Shown in pieces: positions 63,351 to 64,000 of a stretch of DNA of 64,000 bases (position 1 is its first letter; each line of letters starts with the position of its first letter). The stretch lies in contig NC_042998.1 of the NCBI RefSeq assembly GCF_006345805.1, forward strand, positions 53,940,001 through 54,004,000, written 5' to 3'. This DNA comes from Octopus sinensis (taxonomy: Eukaryota). Position numbers and translations under genes: made by a program. The notes below the pieces were generated by a model. The model saw only the letters and a list, made by a program, of their open reading frames with translations. It searched no databases and had not been told where the DNA came from.

Positions 63351-64000
63351 CACTTGAAATTTATTTCATGTAGTACCAATATCTTTGTTACACAACTGAC
63401 AGCGTGCAACTTCAGGAGTGTTTGTGATCACATTGCAGTTGTACAACTAAATTTTTTTGACACCTCATGAAATGAATTAAGACTGAATGTAACAGTTAAA
63501 TGGCTTGAATGACTCTTCCACAAGATAATTGCTAAATGTAAAATTACATATAAAGATTTAAGATTTAGATAATACTATTTTATATCCTAATGTTAGAAGA
63601 GTTGTATATTTATTTCTCAAATGTTTCTTCATTTGAGTGCAAGTCTTAATCACTAGTATTGGAATTTCTTATTAAACATCTCCTGTAAAAGTTATAAAAG
63701 TCGCTGGAACTCATAAACATAGATTACTCAGTTATAATTTATGCACTAAAAGTTCATTAATATACAGCACAACACTTAAATTAGAATGTATCAGGATAAA
63801 CAAACCACATAATTATTTTCTTACCAAGGTGAAGGTTATTAAAGTGAAATGTCAGTAGTCAGACTTCATAATTGTTCACTAATTTCACTTCGTTTCTGAT
63901 GCATTACTAAAGGAAATTAAAAGATTTCAATGTCTGTCAATTTCTTTTAACTTTACGACCTGAAAGCCATTAAGAACACTTATTTGATCTGACATCTTCC

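Overview
Eukaryotic, very AT-rich, repeat-saturated window. It reads as intronic or intergenic DNA of a large invertebrate genome. The SINE repertoire resembles octopus/cephalopod repeats as I recall them (inference, not a database result). No complete protein-coding gene, rRNA, true tRNA or CRISPR array is visible, and most long ORFs in the track are microsatellite artefacts. Contents: several tRNA-headed SINE families (my labels A1/A2, B, E, I, J); two further retroposon families (C, D); decayed LINE pieces (CR1 3' end, RTE endonuclease); DNA transposons (Tigger remnant, two mariner remnants, a Tc1-like MITE, two TTAA-flanked piggyBac-like MITE families F and G, a 378-bp foldback element); and a Helitron set (one decayed helicase-coding copy plus two non-autonomous families with the same 3' hairpin). 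Most notable are two fully foldable type I hammerhead ribozymes of different sequence (31282-31363 +, 33222-33297 -). One sits inside a 130-bp, 96%-identical inverted repeat, the other between an inverted SINE pair. A chain of splice-signal-bounded, partly phase-compatible short frames on the minus strand may be exons of an unidentified host gene (low confidence).
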